64,000 bases of DNA from an uncultured delta proteobacterium (GCA_963696385.1 CAVOKF010000008.1:352001-416000); one strand, 5' to 3'; counted from the first letter of the stretch, positions 9,589 to 20,185 are shown. A program made the numbers and translations. The notes: generated by a model from the sequence alone, not told the origin.

Positions 9589-10473
9589 ATGATGCTCTTT
9601 CGCACGGCCGCGTTGGGTTTGGCGTGGATGTCGCTCGAGGTCGGCCCGTCGTTGGGCCTCGCAGCGACTCTTGTCGGCTGCAAGGATCCCGCGAAGGAGA
9701 GCGCCGGCCGCGCCGCCCACGACGACGCCTTTCTCGCGGACCTCGTCGACAAGGACGTGGCCGAGGTCGAGCGGGGAATGCCCGATGGCGCGACGCGTTT
9801 AGCGCCGCTCGTCTCCGGCGCGAACGACCCCCGACAAGACGTCGCCGGCGTCCGCCGGGCGTTGCTCCATATGCGACGCGACGTCGTCGACTTGAACATC
9901 GCGAAATCGACATTCTTTGCACTCGCCGATCCGAGCGGCATCGCCATTCGAAATGATCTGGAAGAGGACGTCATGGCGGGGCAGAATCTCTTCGCCGTTT
10001 TTCCGGCCCTCGTCCAAGCGAAAGACCGGTTCGTCACGACGACGGGGGCGTTCCCAAACGGCGCCGTCCACGGGGAGCCCGACCGAGATTGGATTGCAGG
10101 GATTCCCGTCAAGCGGTCAGACGGTTCGACGGGCGCGGTCTTGGTGACTGGATGGTCCTACCGCTATTTCGCCCGTCATTTGCAGGCCACGCTTCAATCG
10201 CACCTCATCGACGAAGCGAAGTCGTCGGGTAACGACGGCAAGCTGCCTATCTATTACGTCGCCGTATTCGATGCGACTGGCGTCTACTCGGCCCCGCTGA
10301 CGCCCAAAGTGGACGAGGTTAGCCTGACGAACGAGGACTTGGTCGCGAAGACGGCCCAGGGTCCGGTGACCGGAACCATTCGCATCACAGGGACCGACTT
10401 CGGCTTCGCCGCGCAACGTACGCCGAGGATCGCACCGGACACGGGCGTCGTCGTGCTTCGCAGCGAACTGTGA
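9589..10473 (+). CDS. Lipoprotein with a Cache/PAS-like extracytoplasmic sensor fold
   Basis: Lipobox LVGC; FFALADPSGIAI...WIAGIPVKRSDGSTGAVLVTGW resembles dCache strands; no TM helix or output domain. Confidence 0.6.
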   Translation: MMLFRTAALGLAWMSLEVGPSLGLAATLVGCKDPAKESAGRAAHDDAFLADLVDKDVAEVERGMPDGATRLAPLVSGANDPRQDVAGVRRALLHMRRDVVDLNIAKSTFFALADPSGIAIRNDLEEDVMAGQNLFAVFPALVQAKDRFVTTTGAFPNGAVHGEPDRDWIAGIPVKRSDGSTGAVLVTGWSYRYFARHLQATLQSHLIDEAKSSGNDGKLPIYYVAVFDATGVYSAPLTPKVDEVSLTNEDLVAKTAQGPVTGTIRITGTDFGFAAQRTPRIAPDTGVVVLRSEL

Positions 10474-10483
10474 CGGCCCCCCC

Positions 10484-10693
10484 TCAATCGGATGGTTGTC
10501 GGCCCATGCGGTGAATGCCCCAGGCCAGAAGGACCCATCCGACGACCACGAGAACGCCGCCCGCCAACGGTTGCGTCTGAATCCTCGCGTCCGAACCGGC
10601 TCCGACGATCGGGGTCGTGCTCGCGACGGCAAGACCGAGGGTGGTGACGACGGCGCCGGTCGCGAGCCCAACCTTGGCCGTCACACGAACCAT
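10484..10693 (-). CDS. Small two-TM membrane protein (69 aa)
   Basis: MVRVTAKVGLATGAVVTTLGLAVAS...LAGGVLVVVGWVLLAWGIHR; fills the gap between flanking genes. Confidence 0.6.
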   Translation of the reverse strand: MVRVTAKVGLATGAVVTTLGLAVASTTPIVGAGSDARIQTQPLAGGVLVVVGWVLLAWGIHRMGRQPSD

Positions 10694-10741
10694 GCTGCCG
10701 GAGGCTAGCGGATGGGGGACGGTTGCCGCTAGGTTCTGGCC

Positions 10742-12304
10742 ATGCCGCGCTTCGCCGCCATCGACGTCGGCTCCAATGCGCTTCGCCTTCGCGTCACCGA
10801 GGCCACGGCCCCATCGCATCCGGTCAAGTCGTTGACGCCGCAATCGCCGGACAATCCGTGGCGCGACCTGGCCACGCTGCGAGCGCCCGTTCGTCTCGGC
10901 CACGAAGTGTTTCTCACAGGCCGGCTGGCGCCCGCCTCGATCGGTCAGGCCTGCGACGCGTTGCGCCAGTTCAGAGACGAGATGGACCGCTGGAAGGTCG
11001 ACGCCTACCGCGCCATCGCGACGAGCGCCGTGAGAGAGGCCAAGAACGGCGGCACCCTGGTCGAGCGCGCGCGCCGCGAAGCCGGAGTCGAGCTCGAGGC
11101 CATCGAGGGTATCGAAGAGGCGCGGCTCATCCAATTGGCCGTCACCCGCCGACTCGCGCTGAACGACAAGCGCGCGCTTCTCGTCGACGTGGGGGGCGGA
11201 TCGACCGAGCTCACCCTACTCGACCGCGGGACCGTGGCGTTCACGATCTCGCTTCCGCTCGGGACCGTGCGAATGCTGGAAGCGTACCTCAAGGGCGCCA
11301 AGACCGTGGATCGAGCCCGCGAGCGACTCCTCGAGGAGGCCATCGATCGCGCGCTCGGCGAAGCCATTCCGCAGCTCGGAAGCGTCGAGGTGTTGGTGGG
11401 AACCGGCGGCAACGTCGAAACGCTGTGGGATCTTTGCCCCGTCAAGGGCACCGCGCGATCGGTCGACCTATCGGCCGCACGGACCATTTTCAAAAAAATG
11501 TGCGCCATGTCGACGAGCGAACGGCGGGATGCCTATCAGCTGCGTCCGGACCGCGCCGACACGATCATCCCCGCGACGGCCATTTTTCTGCGGCTCGCCT
11601 ACGTGTTGAAGTTGACGACGGTGCTCGCCCCCGGCGTGGGACTGGCGGCAGGCGTCCTCGAAGAGCTGGTCGACAAATTCTTCCACGTCTGGGACTCCGC
11701 CGGTGAAGGCGAGCGGGTGCTCGAGGCGTGTACGCGCCTCGGGCGCCGCTACCACTTCGACGAACCGCACGCGCGACAAGTGTGTCGATTCGCCGCCCAG
11801 CTCTTCGACGATCTGCAGCGCGTTCACGCGTTCGGCGATCGGGACCGGCTGCTATTGCGGGTCTCGGCCCTGCTGCACGACATCGGCGACTACGTGCACT
11901 ACAGCGGCCACCACAAGCACAGCCAATACCTGATTGAGCACGCGGACATCATGGGCGTGACGCCCGACGAGCGAGCCATCGTCTCGAACATCGCTCGGTA
12001 TCACCGAAAGGGGCCGCCCGACCCCAGCCATCCATCTTACCGCGACCTCAGCAAGGAGGCGCGCGGCAAGGTGCGCGGACTGGCCGCGATCCTACGAATC
12101 GCCGACGCGCTCGATCGAGAGCACAAGCAGAAGATCGAGAGCGTGCGCGCAGCGGTCGATCGAAGCCTGGGCCACGTCACGCTTTTCTTGCGCGGCGAAT
12201 CCGACCGCGAGCTCGAAGAGTGGGCCGTCCGAGCCAAAGCGTCGCTCTGGCGCGACGAATACGATCTGGAAGTGGTCGTGGCGCACGCCGAGGTCGGCGA
12301 GTGA
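10742..12304 (+). CDS. ppx: Ppx/GppA exopolyphosphatase / pppGpp phosphohydrolase
   Basis: AAIDVGSNALRL, ATSAVREAKN, EEARL, DVGGGSTE; C-terminal HD domain LLHDIG...YHRK...IADALD. Confidence 0.93.
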   Translation: MPRFAAIDVGSNALRLRVTEATAPSHPVKSLTPQSPDNPWRDLATLRAPVRLGHEVFLTGRLAPASIGQACDALRQFRDEMDRWKVDAYRAIATSAVREAKNGGTLVERARREAGVELEAIEGIEEARLIQLAVTRRLALNDKRALLVDVGGGSTELTLLDRGTVAFTISLPLGTVRMLEAYLKGAKTVDRARERLLEEAIDRALGEAIPQLGSVEVLVGTGGNVETLWDLCPVKGTARSVDLSAARTIFKKMCAMSTSERRDAYQLRPDRADTIIPATAIFLRLAYVLKLTTVLAPGVGLAAGVLEELVDKFFHVWDSAGEGERVLEACTRLGRRYHFDEPHARQVCRFAAQLFDDLQRVHAFGDRDRLLLRVSALLHDIGDYVHYSGHHKHSQYLIEHADIMGVTPDERAIVSNIARYHRKGPPDPSHPSYRDLSKEARGKVRGLAAILRIADALDREHKQKIESVRAAVDRSLGHVTLFLRGESDRELEEWAVRAKASLWRDEYDLEVVVAHAEVGE

Positions 12305-12957
12305 CGGCGATACGGGCAAGGCTTCGGACCGAAGTCGCGGGGTCGCGCCTCGCCGCCGCGCTGACCCTTTCCGCTTCCGTGTCGTGCGTGTCCTCGGCCA
12401 TACCCGACCCGCGCGAGGCCTGCAGCGCTTACGCGGCAGCCGCGTCACGCGGCGACGCGGACGCGCTGTATGGCATGATGACCCAGTCGTCACGGCAACT
12501 GCGAAGCCGGGAGCAACTGCGGAACATCGTCGCGGGCGAACGCGACGACCTCGCCGAGCAGAGCCGAGCGCTCACCGGACCGGACGTTCGCGTCGAAGCC
12601 ACGGCCCGGCTGCGCTTCGCCGATGGCGAGGAAGCCGCCCTCGACCTGCACGGCGGCCGATACTGGATCACGGCGGCTGGTGCCCTGCCCGGAGGGGCGC
12701 GCACTCCGGAGGAAGCCCTCGAACAGCTGCGCCGAGTGATCGCGCGACGCAGCTACGCGGGCCTGATGCGCGTGCTGTCGCCCTCGACGAGGGCGGCCAT
12801 CGAAAACGACATGCGCCGGCTGGTGGATGGACTGAACGAGCCGCGGGCGTTGCCGGTGCAGGTGAGCGGCGACGCTGCGGTCGTGCCCGTTCCAGGCGGC
12901 CATCAGGTCAAGCTGAAGCGCGAGGCGGGAGTCTGGAGAGTCGATGATTTCGATTAG
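12301..12957 (+). CDS. Hypothetical lipoprotein
   Basis: GTGA overlap with ppx; hydrophobic stretch then SASVSC; two similar helix-plus-strand halves, the second ending WRVDDF. Confidence 0.6.
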   Translation: MTAIRARLRTEVAGSRLAAALTLSASVSCVSSAIPDPREACSAYAAAASRGDADALYGMMTQSSRQLRSREQLRNIVAGERDDLAEQSRALTGPDVRVEATARLRFADGEEAALDLHGGRYWITAAGALPGGARTPEEALEQLRRVIARRSYAGLMRVLSPSTRAAIENDMRRLVDGLNEPRALPVQVSGDAAVVPVPGGHQVKLKREAGVWRVDDFD

Positions 12958-13000
12958 ACCCGCACCCTAACGCGCCGGACGCGGCAGGGGTCCGCGATGC

Positions 13001-13858
13001 GTGGAAGGTCGCGCCGGCGAGGGCCCGCGCAACGGGTCGCGCGACCCGCAACGCTCGGCTACAAGTGACCCCGTGCGCCGCCAATCGCTGGTCTTTGCGT
13101 CGCTCGCAATCGCCATCGTCGCCGCCAGTCTCGTGGCGGCACCTCACCCGGCCGGTGCCTTCGGCGACGTCGGCGCATTCGACGCACGCGTGCTGCTCAC
13201 CGGATCGCAGACTCGTTCGGCACACGCGAGCGCACCCGCACGCTGGGCCTGGGAGCTCGTCCTGCGCACGAGCGCGCCCGCGCGCCTTCACCCGAGCGTC
13301 GTGCATGCCGACGACGCCGCGATCGTCGACGAGCCGTTTCTCTATTGGAGCGGCGACTCGGAAGTCGCACCGCTCACGGGGGCCGAGGTCGCGGGCTTGA
13401 GACGCTTCTTCGCGCTCGGCGGTGTCCTTCTCGTCGACGATGCCGCGCCCGGGGATGCCGGGACGCCGGGCGCGTTCGGCCAAAGCGCGCGACGCGAGAT
13501 CGCGAGAGTGCTGCCGGACAGTACGACCATCGCGATTGGTGCAGACCATGTCGTGTTTCGAACGTTCTATTTTCTTCGGCGACCCGAAGGGCGCGTGGTG
13601 GGACCGTCGACACTCGACGCAATCGTGCGCGGTGGCCAGGCTCAGGTGCTGTTCAGCGAGAACGACTTGGGCGGTGCTCTGGCACGAGGCGCATCGGGCG
13701 CGTGGGAGCAAACGGTCGTTCCGGGCGGCGAGCTCCAGCGTGAGCATGCCATTCGCCTCGCAGTCAACATCGCCATGTACGTTCTGTGTTCCAACTACAA
13801 AGACGATCAGGTTCACGCGCCCTACTTGATGCGCCGGCGCGCGCTGTCGACGCCGTAA
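13001..13858 (+). CDS. DUF4159 domain protein (exported; start may be the GTG near 13073)
   Basis: PFLYWSG, LRRFFALGGVLLVDD, HVVFRTFY, NDLGGAL, LAVNIAMYVLCSNYKDDQVH. Confidence 0.85.
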   Translation: MEGRAGEGPRNGSRDPQRSATSDPVRRQSLVFASLAIAIVAASLVAAPHPAGAFGDVGAFDARVLLTGSQTRSAHASAPARWAWELVLRTSAPARLHPSVVHADDAAIVDEPFLYWSGDSEVAPLTGAEVAGLRRFFALGGVLLVDDAAPGDAGTPGAFGQSARREIARVLPDSTTIAIGADHVVFRTFYFLRRPEGRVVGPSTLDAIVRGGQAQVLFSENDLGGALARGASGAWEQTVVPGGELQREHAIRLAVNIAMYVLCSNYKDDQVHAPYLMRRRALSTP

Positions 13859-16084
13859 ATGCTGTCTACCCATTGGGCCCCGAGCGCGGATCTTCCGCCG
13901 TGGGCGGTCTGGCTGGCTTGCATTCTCGCGGTCGCCAATTTTGCCCTCCTGGCCGGCGAGATGCGGCGGAAAAAGCGAGGCGGAGCCGCGACGGCCGCCA
14001 CGGGCTTATTGGCCGTCAGCGTGCTGCTCGCGGCCGTGCTTCGTCCGGCCCGGGTGTCGGCGATCGAAAACCGGGTGGGCGCTCGCGTCGTGGTCCTCGC
14101 CGACACGTCGCGGTCCATGTCGTTGATCGGCGACGACGGGCGCCGACGGCTAGAGGTCCGAGACGAAGTCGTCGCGCGACTTCGGAGGAGCGGTCGCGAC
14201 GCTCGCCTGGTGGTCTTGGGCTTCGGAGAAGGCCCGCCGGCCGCGCTGGCCGACGCCCCCTCGGCGCCCGACGAGAATGCGCGCGCCCCGCACAGCGATC
14301 TCGGAGGCGCGCTTCGGGCCCTCGCCGCTTCGCTGGAGGAGCATCCGGCGGCGGTCATCGTGGTGAGCGACGGTCGCCTCGACGATCCTCCCGAGGACAC
14401 CTCCGACGCGAGCCTGCGAGCGCTCGGCGACCTGCTGCGCGTGCCCATCGACACGGTTGCCACGACGCGCAAAGCCCCCGCCGATGCGAGCGTGCGGCGG
14501 GTCAGCGCGGCCGGGGCCGCCGTGGCCCATGTGCCCCTTCCGCTTCGGGTCGAGATCGGTTGCGCCGGCGGCCTCGTCTGCGACGACGTGGCCGTCACCG
14601 CGCGCGAACTGCGCGAGGACGGCCCGACGACGTTGCTCGCCTCCGGCCTGGCGCACGTCAAGGACGGCAAAGCGACGCTGGACCTGACCATCACGCTGGA
14701 GCGCGCCGGCCCCCGTCTGGTCGAGATCGCCATCGTGGCCCCCTCCGGCGACACGATCCCCGAAAACGATCGCCGCATCCTGGCTTTCAACGTGACCCGC
14801 GATCGCGTGCGGGTGCTTCACGTCGCGGGACGGCCGACCGACGACGTGCGCGCGCTCCGCCAGTGGCTCAAGAGCGACGCATCGATCGATGTCGTCGCTT
14901 TCTTCATCTTGCGCACCCCGACCGACGACGTCCGCGCCACGCAAAACGAGTTGGCGCTCATCCCGTTCCCGGTCGACGAGCTCTTCACCGAGCACCTGCC
15001 GAGCTTCGACGCAGTCGTGCTTCAAGACTTCGACGCCCAGCCCTATGGCCTCGAGAAGTACCTGAGCAATCTCCAACGTTACGTTCGAAGCGGCGGAGGA
15101 CTCGTGATGGTCGGAGGGCAGAACTCGTTCGTAGCCGGCGGCTACGCGGGCACGCCGCTCGCCGACATCTTGCCGGTCGATCTGGACGGATCGGCCAACG
15201 CCACCGGCGCCGACACCTCGCCGTTCACCCCCCAGTGGACGCCCGAAGGTCGTGACGCGCCGCTGCTTGCTGCGCTGCGCGAAGTGGTGGGCGACGATCT
15301 GCCTGAAATGGCCGGAGCCAACGTGCTCGGCGACGTGCGCCCCGGCGGAATCGCACTTTGGTCGCACCCCGCAAGAAAAACTGGAACCGGAGCGAGCATG
15401 CCCGTGCTCGCGATCGGCGACGAAGGAGACGGACGGACGGTTGCCCTGGGCGTCGACGGTACGTGGAGGCTGAAGTTCTCCGCGATCGGAGCGAGGACCG
15501 GAGGCCGCGGGCACGGAGCACTCTGGGATGGGCTGCTCGGGTGGCTGATGCGCGACCCCCGATTCGAGGCCGCCCAACTCGAGATCGTCGGCGGATGCAC
15601 GGCGGGCGTCCCCTCCACACTGCGGGCGCATCTGCCGCCGAGCACCGGACTCGCGGGTCAACCGGTCGAGATCGACATCACGCGCATCGACAAGACGCAA
15701 AGGCCTTGGCGTGTCCACTGGCAGCGCGACGCGGAGACTCTGTCGGCGGGGGTGCCGCTTCCGCCTCTCGAAGCAGGCGCTTACGCGGCGCGCCTGCGGG
15801 TGGGCAGCGGCGCGACCGCGCGACGCGACTTCGCCTGCGAGGCGGGGGGCGACGAGTGGGCGGACTCCCGACCGGACGGCAAGCGCCTCGAGTCCATTGC
15901 GCGCGCGACGGGCGGTTCGTTCGTGTACGCATCGAACGTCGAATCGCTGCCGTTTCCAAAGCCCATCGTCGTGAACACGGAGCGGCACGTGACGCCCGTG
16001 GCGCCGCCGTGGGCCTGGTCGTTCGCGGCCGCGGCACTGCTCGGCGTGCACTGGATCACGCGACGGCGCTTCGGTCTATCATGA
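13859..16084 (+). CDS. Membrane protein with vWA-like and class I glutamine amidotransferase-like domains
   Basis: N-terminal TMs, MIDAS-like DTSRSM and SDG, FFILRT, ELALIPFP, YVRSGGGLVMVGG, C-terminal TM ending WITRRR. Confidence 0.8.
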   Translation: MLSTHWAPSADLPPWAVWLACILAVANFALLAGEMRRKKRGGAATAATGLLAVSVLLAAVLRPARVSAIENRVGARVVVLADTSRSMSLIGDDGRRRLEVRDEVVARLRRSGRDARLVVLGFGEGPPAALADAPSAPDENARAPHSDLGGALRALAASLEEHPAAVIVVSDGRLDDPPEDTSDASLRALGDLLRVPIDTVATTRKAPADASVRRVSAAGAAVAHVPLPLRVEIGCAGGLVCDDVAVTARELREDGPTTLLASGLAHVKDGKATLDLTITLERAGPRLVEIAIVAPSGDTIPENDRRILAFNVTRDRVRVLHVAGRPTDDVRALRQWLKSDASIDVVAFFILRTPTDDVRATQNELALIPFPVDELFTEHLPSFDAVVLQDFDAQPYGLEKYLSNLQRYVRSGGGLVMVGGQNSFVAGGYAGTPLADILPVDLDGSANATGADTSPFTPQWTPEGRDAPLLAALREVVGDDLPEMAGANVLGDVRPGGIALWSHPARKTGTGASMPVLAIGDEGDGRTVALGVDGTWRLKFSAIGARTGGRGHGALWDGLLGWLMRDPRFEAAQLEIVGGCTAGVPSTLRAHLPPSTGLAGQPVEIDITRIDKTQRPWRVHWQRDAETLSAGVPLPPLEAGAYAARLRVGSGATARRDFACEAGGDEWADSRPDGKRLESIARATGGSFVYASNVESLPFPKPIVVNTERHVTPVAPPWAWSFAAAALLGVHWITRRRFGLS

Positions 16085-18591
16085 GCGGCGGCGGCATGGA
16101 GAGCTTGCGCGTTCGCCGTTTCACGTTCGTGGCGGCGCTCGTCGTCTCGATCGTCATCCCCGGGCGCGCCGGCGCACTCGTTTGGCCGGACACCGAGGCG
16201 CGAATCGAACGGGACATGACCGCCTCCGACGCGGCCACGAGGCGCGCTGCGGCACGGGAACTGCGCACGCTCGGACGCGCGCGCGGTGTTCCACTGATCC
16301 TCGCAGCGCTCGCCGATCCGGACGAAGAGGTCCGCCTGTCGGCCGCCGAGGCAGCGATTCGTGTTCGCGCACAGGCGGCCACGGACATCGTCGTCAACTG
16401 GCTGAACGCGCCCGATGTTCGACTGCGCCGCGAGGCGTGTGCCGTGGCGCGGGCGCTGCCGAATCTGCGGGCAGTCGCTCCGTTGGCACGAACCCTGGGC
16501 GACCCCGATGCCGACGTCCGCGCTGCGGCGGCCAACGCGCTCGGCGATCAACGTTCCGCCGACGCCGTTGCGCCGCTCCTCGGGCGCCTCGACGATTCGA
16601 CGCCGGCCGTCCGCATCGCCCTCGTCGCCGCACTGGCCCGTCTCGGGGACCCTCGTGCCGTCGTTCCTCTCGTCGGCAAGATCGAAGACTCGTCCGCGGA
16701 CGTTCGGCAGACGGTCGCCCGAGCTCTGGGCGATCTGGAGGATCCGCGCGCGTCTCCGGCGCTCGTTCTCGCCCTGCGGGACCAAAGCGCGGACGTGCGA
16801 CGCGAATCGCTCGTCGCGCTCGGACGGCTGCGGGCAACCGATGCCATAGACGCGATCGCGACGTTCGTGTCGGACCGGACTCCAACGTTGCGCGTTGCGG
16901 CTCTCGAAGCGCTCGGACAAATGCCGACCCCGGATGCCCTCCGGGTGCTGACGGCCGCGCTCGGTACGGCCGACGATGCGTCGCCTTCGCAGGAGACAAC
17001 GGCGGTGCGCGACGCTCTGGTCACCGCCGGCGACGCCGCCATCCCTGCGCTGCACGCATGGCTAACGGGATCGCCCTCGGCGGCTTCCGCGGCGAGCGCC
17101 GCGTGGGTGCTCGGCGCGCTCCACGCCCGCTCGGAGGCCGACACGGTGGTGGGCGCGATGCGGCGCGGAGAGCTGCCTGCCGCCGCCGCGCTGCACGCCC
17201 TCGCCGGAGCCGGCACGTCGGCACAGTTGCCGATTGTGCTCGAATTTGTCACGGACGCGAGCCCGGCGGTTCGCACCGAAGCCATCGCCGCGACGCTTGC
17301 CCTTCTCGATCCCCATTCGCCCGACGGGCGAGCCGTCGAGCCCCTCGCGGCGGCTCTGCGCGATCCGCGTCCATCGTCGGAGCAAAGGGCGCGCATCGTG
17401 GAGGCGCTCGGGCGCACGGGCGCGCCGCGCGTCGCCCCACTGCTCGCGCAGATGGTCGGCGGGATCGATGCGCGCAACCGCCTTGCGGCGATCGATGCGT
17501 TGGGTCACCTGCGGTCGGAAGCGGCGGACGCCGTATTGATCCAGGCGCTCGGGTCGCCCGAGGCGGAGGTCCGACTGCATGCCGCCGTTGCGCTGTCGGA
17601 GGCCGGCGGGGCGACGGCCCGTGACAGCCTGATCGCGAAGCTCGACGGGGACGACGAGATCGACCAGGACTCGGTTCTGACGGCGCTCGGAGGGGTGCTC
17701 GCTCGGGCGCCAACGGAGTCGGCGGTCGCCAAGCTGTCGTCCATGCTCGGGCTTGCCGCCGGGGCGGACCGCGACGCGATTCTCGAAGCGATCGGGCGCG
17801 CGCGGTTGGAATCGGCGGCGCGAGCGCTCGCGAGCGCCGCCCAATCGGACGAGCCGCTCGACCGAGCCGCGGCCGCCACGCAGTGTGCGGCGCAGGCCGG
17901 GGGCCCCGGCGAAGCTGTGGCCCTCGCAACGGCACGCGCCTTGCTCGACGACGTCGATACCCGGGTTCGTGAACAAGCGGCTTGGTCGCTCGGCACGATC
18001 GGCGGCCAGGCGGACGTCGACCGGCTCCGTTCCCTCGTCCGCTTGGCCGACGTCGGCGGCGCAGCCAATGCCACGGCGGCCCTTGCGCGCATCGCACGGC
18101 GAACGCATTTGCGCGACGCTGCCGGAGTTCTCTGCCCGCTCGTCGGCGACGCACGCGCGTGGGTGCGTGCCAATGCGCTCGCCGGCCTTGCACTCGCCGA
18201 CGCCCGCTGCCCGGGAGGGTCCGCTGAGCGAGCGGCGCTGATCGAAGATTCGAGCGAGCAAGTCCGCGCCGCAGCGGCGCTCGCGGTCGCGCGCCAAGCC
18301 ACCGCCGCCGATCTCCGCGCGCGGGATCGATGCGCGCACGAAGACGTCTCCGGAACCGTCGCGTTTCGATGCAAGAGTGCGTTCACGGCTCCGTCGTCGG
18401 TCGCCAACGCCGTGCTCGTCTACATCGTGCCGGACCGCGCCGACGCGCCGCGCCCCGGCGCTCCGTATGCGCTGCTTCTCGCCGATGGGCTGCTTCGGGC
18501 CGGATCCGCGGATCGCCGGGGTGCAGTATTCGACCCGGCCGCCCCGGAAGGTCTGGTCCAATTGGTGGCGCTTGCGCGCAGTGCGCGTTAG
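16081..18591 (+). CDS. Exported HEAT-repeat protein
   Basis: Signal peptide ending AGA; many LxDxDxxVRxxAAxALG repeats; ATGA overlap with the upstream gene. Confidence 0.85.
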   Translation: MSGGGMESLRVRRFTFVAALVVSIVIPGRAGALVWPDTEARIERDMTASDAATRRAAARELRTLGRARGVPLILAALADPDEEVRLSAAEAAIRVRAQAATDIVVNWLNAPDVRLRREACAVARALPNLRAVAPLARTLGDPDADVRAAAANALGDQRSADAVAPLLGRLDDSTPAVRIALVAALARLGDPRAVVPLVGKIEDSSADVRQTVARALGDLEDPRASPALVLALRDQSADVRRESLVALGRLRATDAIDAIATFVSDRTPTLRVAALEALGQMPTPDALRVLTAALGTADDASPSQETTAVRDALVTAGDAAIPALHAWLTGSPSAASAASAAWVLGALHARSEADTVVGAMRRGELPAAAALHALAGAGTSAQLPIVLEFVTDASPAVRTEAIAATLALLDPHSPDGRAVEPLAAALRDPRPSSEQRARIVEALGRTGAPRVAPLLAQMVGGIDARNRLAAIDALGHLRSEAADAVLIQALGSPEAEVRLHAAVALSEAGGATARDSLIAKLDGDDEIDQDSVLTALGGVLARAPTESAVAKLSSMLGLAAGADRDAILEAIGRARLESAARALASAAQSDEPLDRAAAATQCAAQAGGPGEAVALATARALLDDVDTRVREQAAWSLGTIGGQADVDRLRSLVRLADVGGAANATAALARIARRTHLRDAAGVLCPLVGDARAWVRANALAGLALADARCPGGSAERAALIEDSSEQVRAAAALAVARQATAADLRARDRCAHEDVSGTVAFRCKSAFTAPSSVANAVLVYIVPDRADAPRPGAPYALLLADGLLRAGSADRRGAVFDPAAPEGLVQLVALARSAR

Positions 18592-18620
18592 GCCCAACCC
18601 CCGTTAGCCCGCACGCTCTC

Positions 18621-19253
18621 ATGTCCCGCTCAACCCGCAAGTCGGTAGGCGCGCCCGAGTCGTTCGCCGCGATTTTGGATCGAGCGGGCGAGAGCCGTTT
18701 CGCGCGCCTGCGACCGGCGGTCGCCCCGAAGCTATGGCGCGATGCGGTCGGCGCGCGCATCGCCGAGAGAGCCCGACCCATTTCTCTGTCGTCGGGCGTG
18801 CTGCTGCTGCGCGTCGCGACCAGCGTATGGGCGCACGAGCTGTCTTTGCTGGCCGACGTGGTGTGCGAACGGCTGCGCGAGCGCGGCGTGCAGGCGCGCG
18901 AGTTGCGCTTTCATGTCGGAACCGTTCCGGCCGTCGATCGCCCGCCCGAGCGGCGGGTGGCACGCGTCGTCCCCGCCGCCGACGAGATTCCCCCTGCGTT
19001 GGCGGTTGCCGTCTCGCAGATCGCCGATCCCCACCTGCGCGCGGCGATCGCTCGTGCGGCCGCCGCCAATCTCGCCTGGCAATCGCTCGTGGCACCGCCC
19101 ACATCCGCAGAGGGGCGCATCAGCGAAGCGCAGCGAGGCGCTCGAGCCCCTCGATCCGCTGAACGAGGAAGCGCTCCGCCGGACCAAACGTTGCCTGCTT
19201 GTCGTGCAGAAGGGCCAGATAGTCGCGCAGTCCCGCCAAATCGACGACGTTGA
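18621..19253 (+). CDS. DUF721 / DciA-family protein
   Basis: WRDAVGARIAERARP...GVLLLRVATSVWAHEL pattern; 3' tail overlaps the convergent FHA gene. Confidence 0.8.
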   Translation: MSRSTRKSVGAPESFAAILDRAGESRFARLRPAVAPKLWRDAVGARIAERARPISLSSGVLLLRVATSVWAHELSLLADVVCERLRERGVQARELRFHVGTVPAVDRPPERRVARVVPAADEIPPALAVAVSQIADPHLRAAIARAAAANLAWQSLVAPPTSAEGRISEAQRGARAPRSAERGSAPPDQTLPACRAEGPDSRAVPPNRRR

Positions 19254-19977
19254 CGCGGCGGACGGCTGCGTTCAGCTCGTCGACCACGACGGCTGGACAG
19301 GGACGCTCCTGCGAGCGGTAGAGAGCGACCACGTAATCGAACCAAGCGCCATTTGCCGTCGCCGTCGCGAGCTTGGCCGCCAGACGGGCGACGGCGGCCA
19401 CCAGCGAGCGCGAAAAGCGCTTTCCCCCGCGAGAGGCTTCGGCAATCTCGGTGAGCGGTCCGCTCAGCAATCGCTCTGCTTCTTCGGCGCGCCCCATGGC
19501 CAGCGCCTTCTCCGCAACCCCGCTCAAGAGCGCGAAGGCCTGCGCACGGCGCACCATCGTGGGATCCGTCTCCGCTTCGGCCGTCGCCGCAGAGGCCGTA
19601 GCGGTCGGCGACGGACGGGGGTCGATCGAGGGCGCCAGACTGAGTAGCTTCGGGAGAGTCCGCTTGAACGTTTCGGTACCCCGCTGCTCCCCGTCGAGTC
19701 GAGAATCGACGAGTCTGAGTTCTTGCGACCCGATGACGATTCGATCGCCGGGCCTAATCTCGGTCGGGCCGACGATGCGGCCGCCATTGACGACGACGCC
19801 GTTACGGCTCTGATCGTCCTGAATCGTGACGCTGTCGCCCGCCACGATGAGAACGGCGTGGCGACGCGATACGAGCGGATCGTCGAGCGAAAGCTGGCAG
19901 CCCGCGCTGCGGCCAATCGCGAACGATCCCTCCATCAGCTCTAGGTCGTGATGAAGGTAGCGCAGGCGGAAGCGCAT
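19120..19977 (-). CDS. FHA domain protein
   Basis: IGRSAGCQLSLDDPLVSRRHA...SRNGVVVNG...GDRIVIG. Confidence 0.9.
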   Translation of the reverse strand: MRFRLRYLHHDLELMEGSFAIGRSAGCQLSLDDPLVSRRHAVLIVAGDSVTIQDDQSRNGVVVNGGRIVGPTEIRPGDRIVIGSQELRLVDSRLDGEQRGTETFKRTLPKLLSLAPSIDPRPSPTATASAATAEAETDPTMVRRAQAFALLSGVAEKALAMGRAEEAERLLSGPLTEIAEASRGGKRFSRSLVAAVARLAAKLATATANGAWFDYVVALYRSQERPCPAVVVDELNAAVRRVNVVDLAGLRDYLALLHDKQATFGPAERFLVQRIEGLERLAALR

Positions 19978-20185
19978 GGGGCTTGGGGATCGGGCTTCGT
20001 CGCGGCGCAAGGCCCCCCCGAACCGAGAATCCCCCATTCTATTACCTTTGGCGCGCGCCGTCTCGCAAGTCTTGCCGAAGGCCTCGAGACGCGATCGGCC
20101 GGGGGGCTTTTTCTCCGGGTCGGGCGCTATGCCCGGGGCGTGTTCACCCGATCGCGGACGCCGCCCGTCGTCTCGATGGCGCTCT

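Noticed and set aside
19120..19253. 134-bp convergent overlap as a functional dual-coding region
   Set aside because: The DUF721 tail there is low-complexity and most likely a simple stop-codon extension
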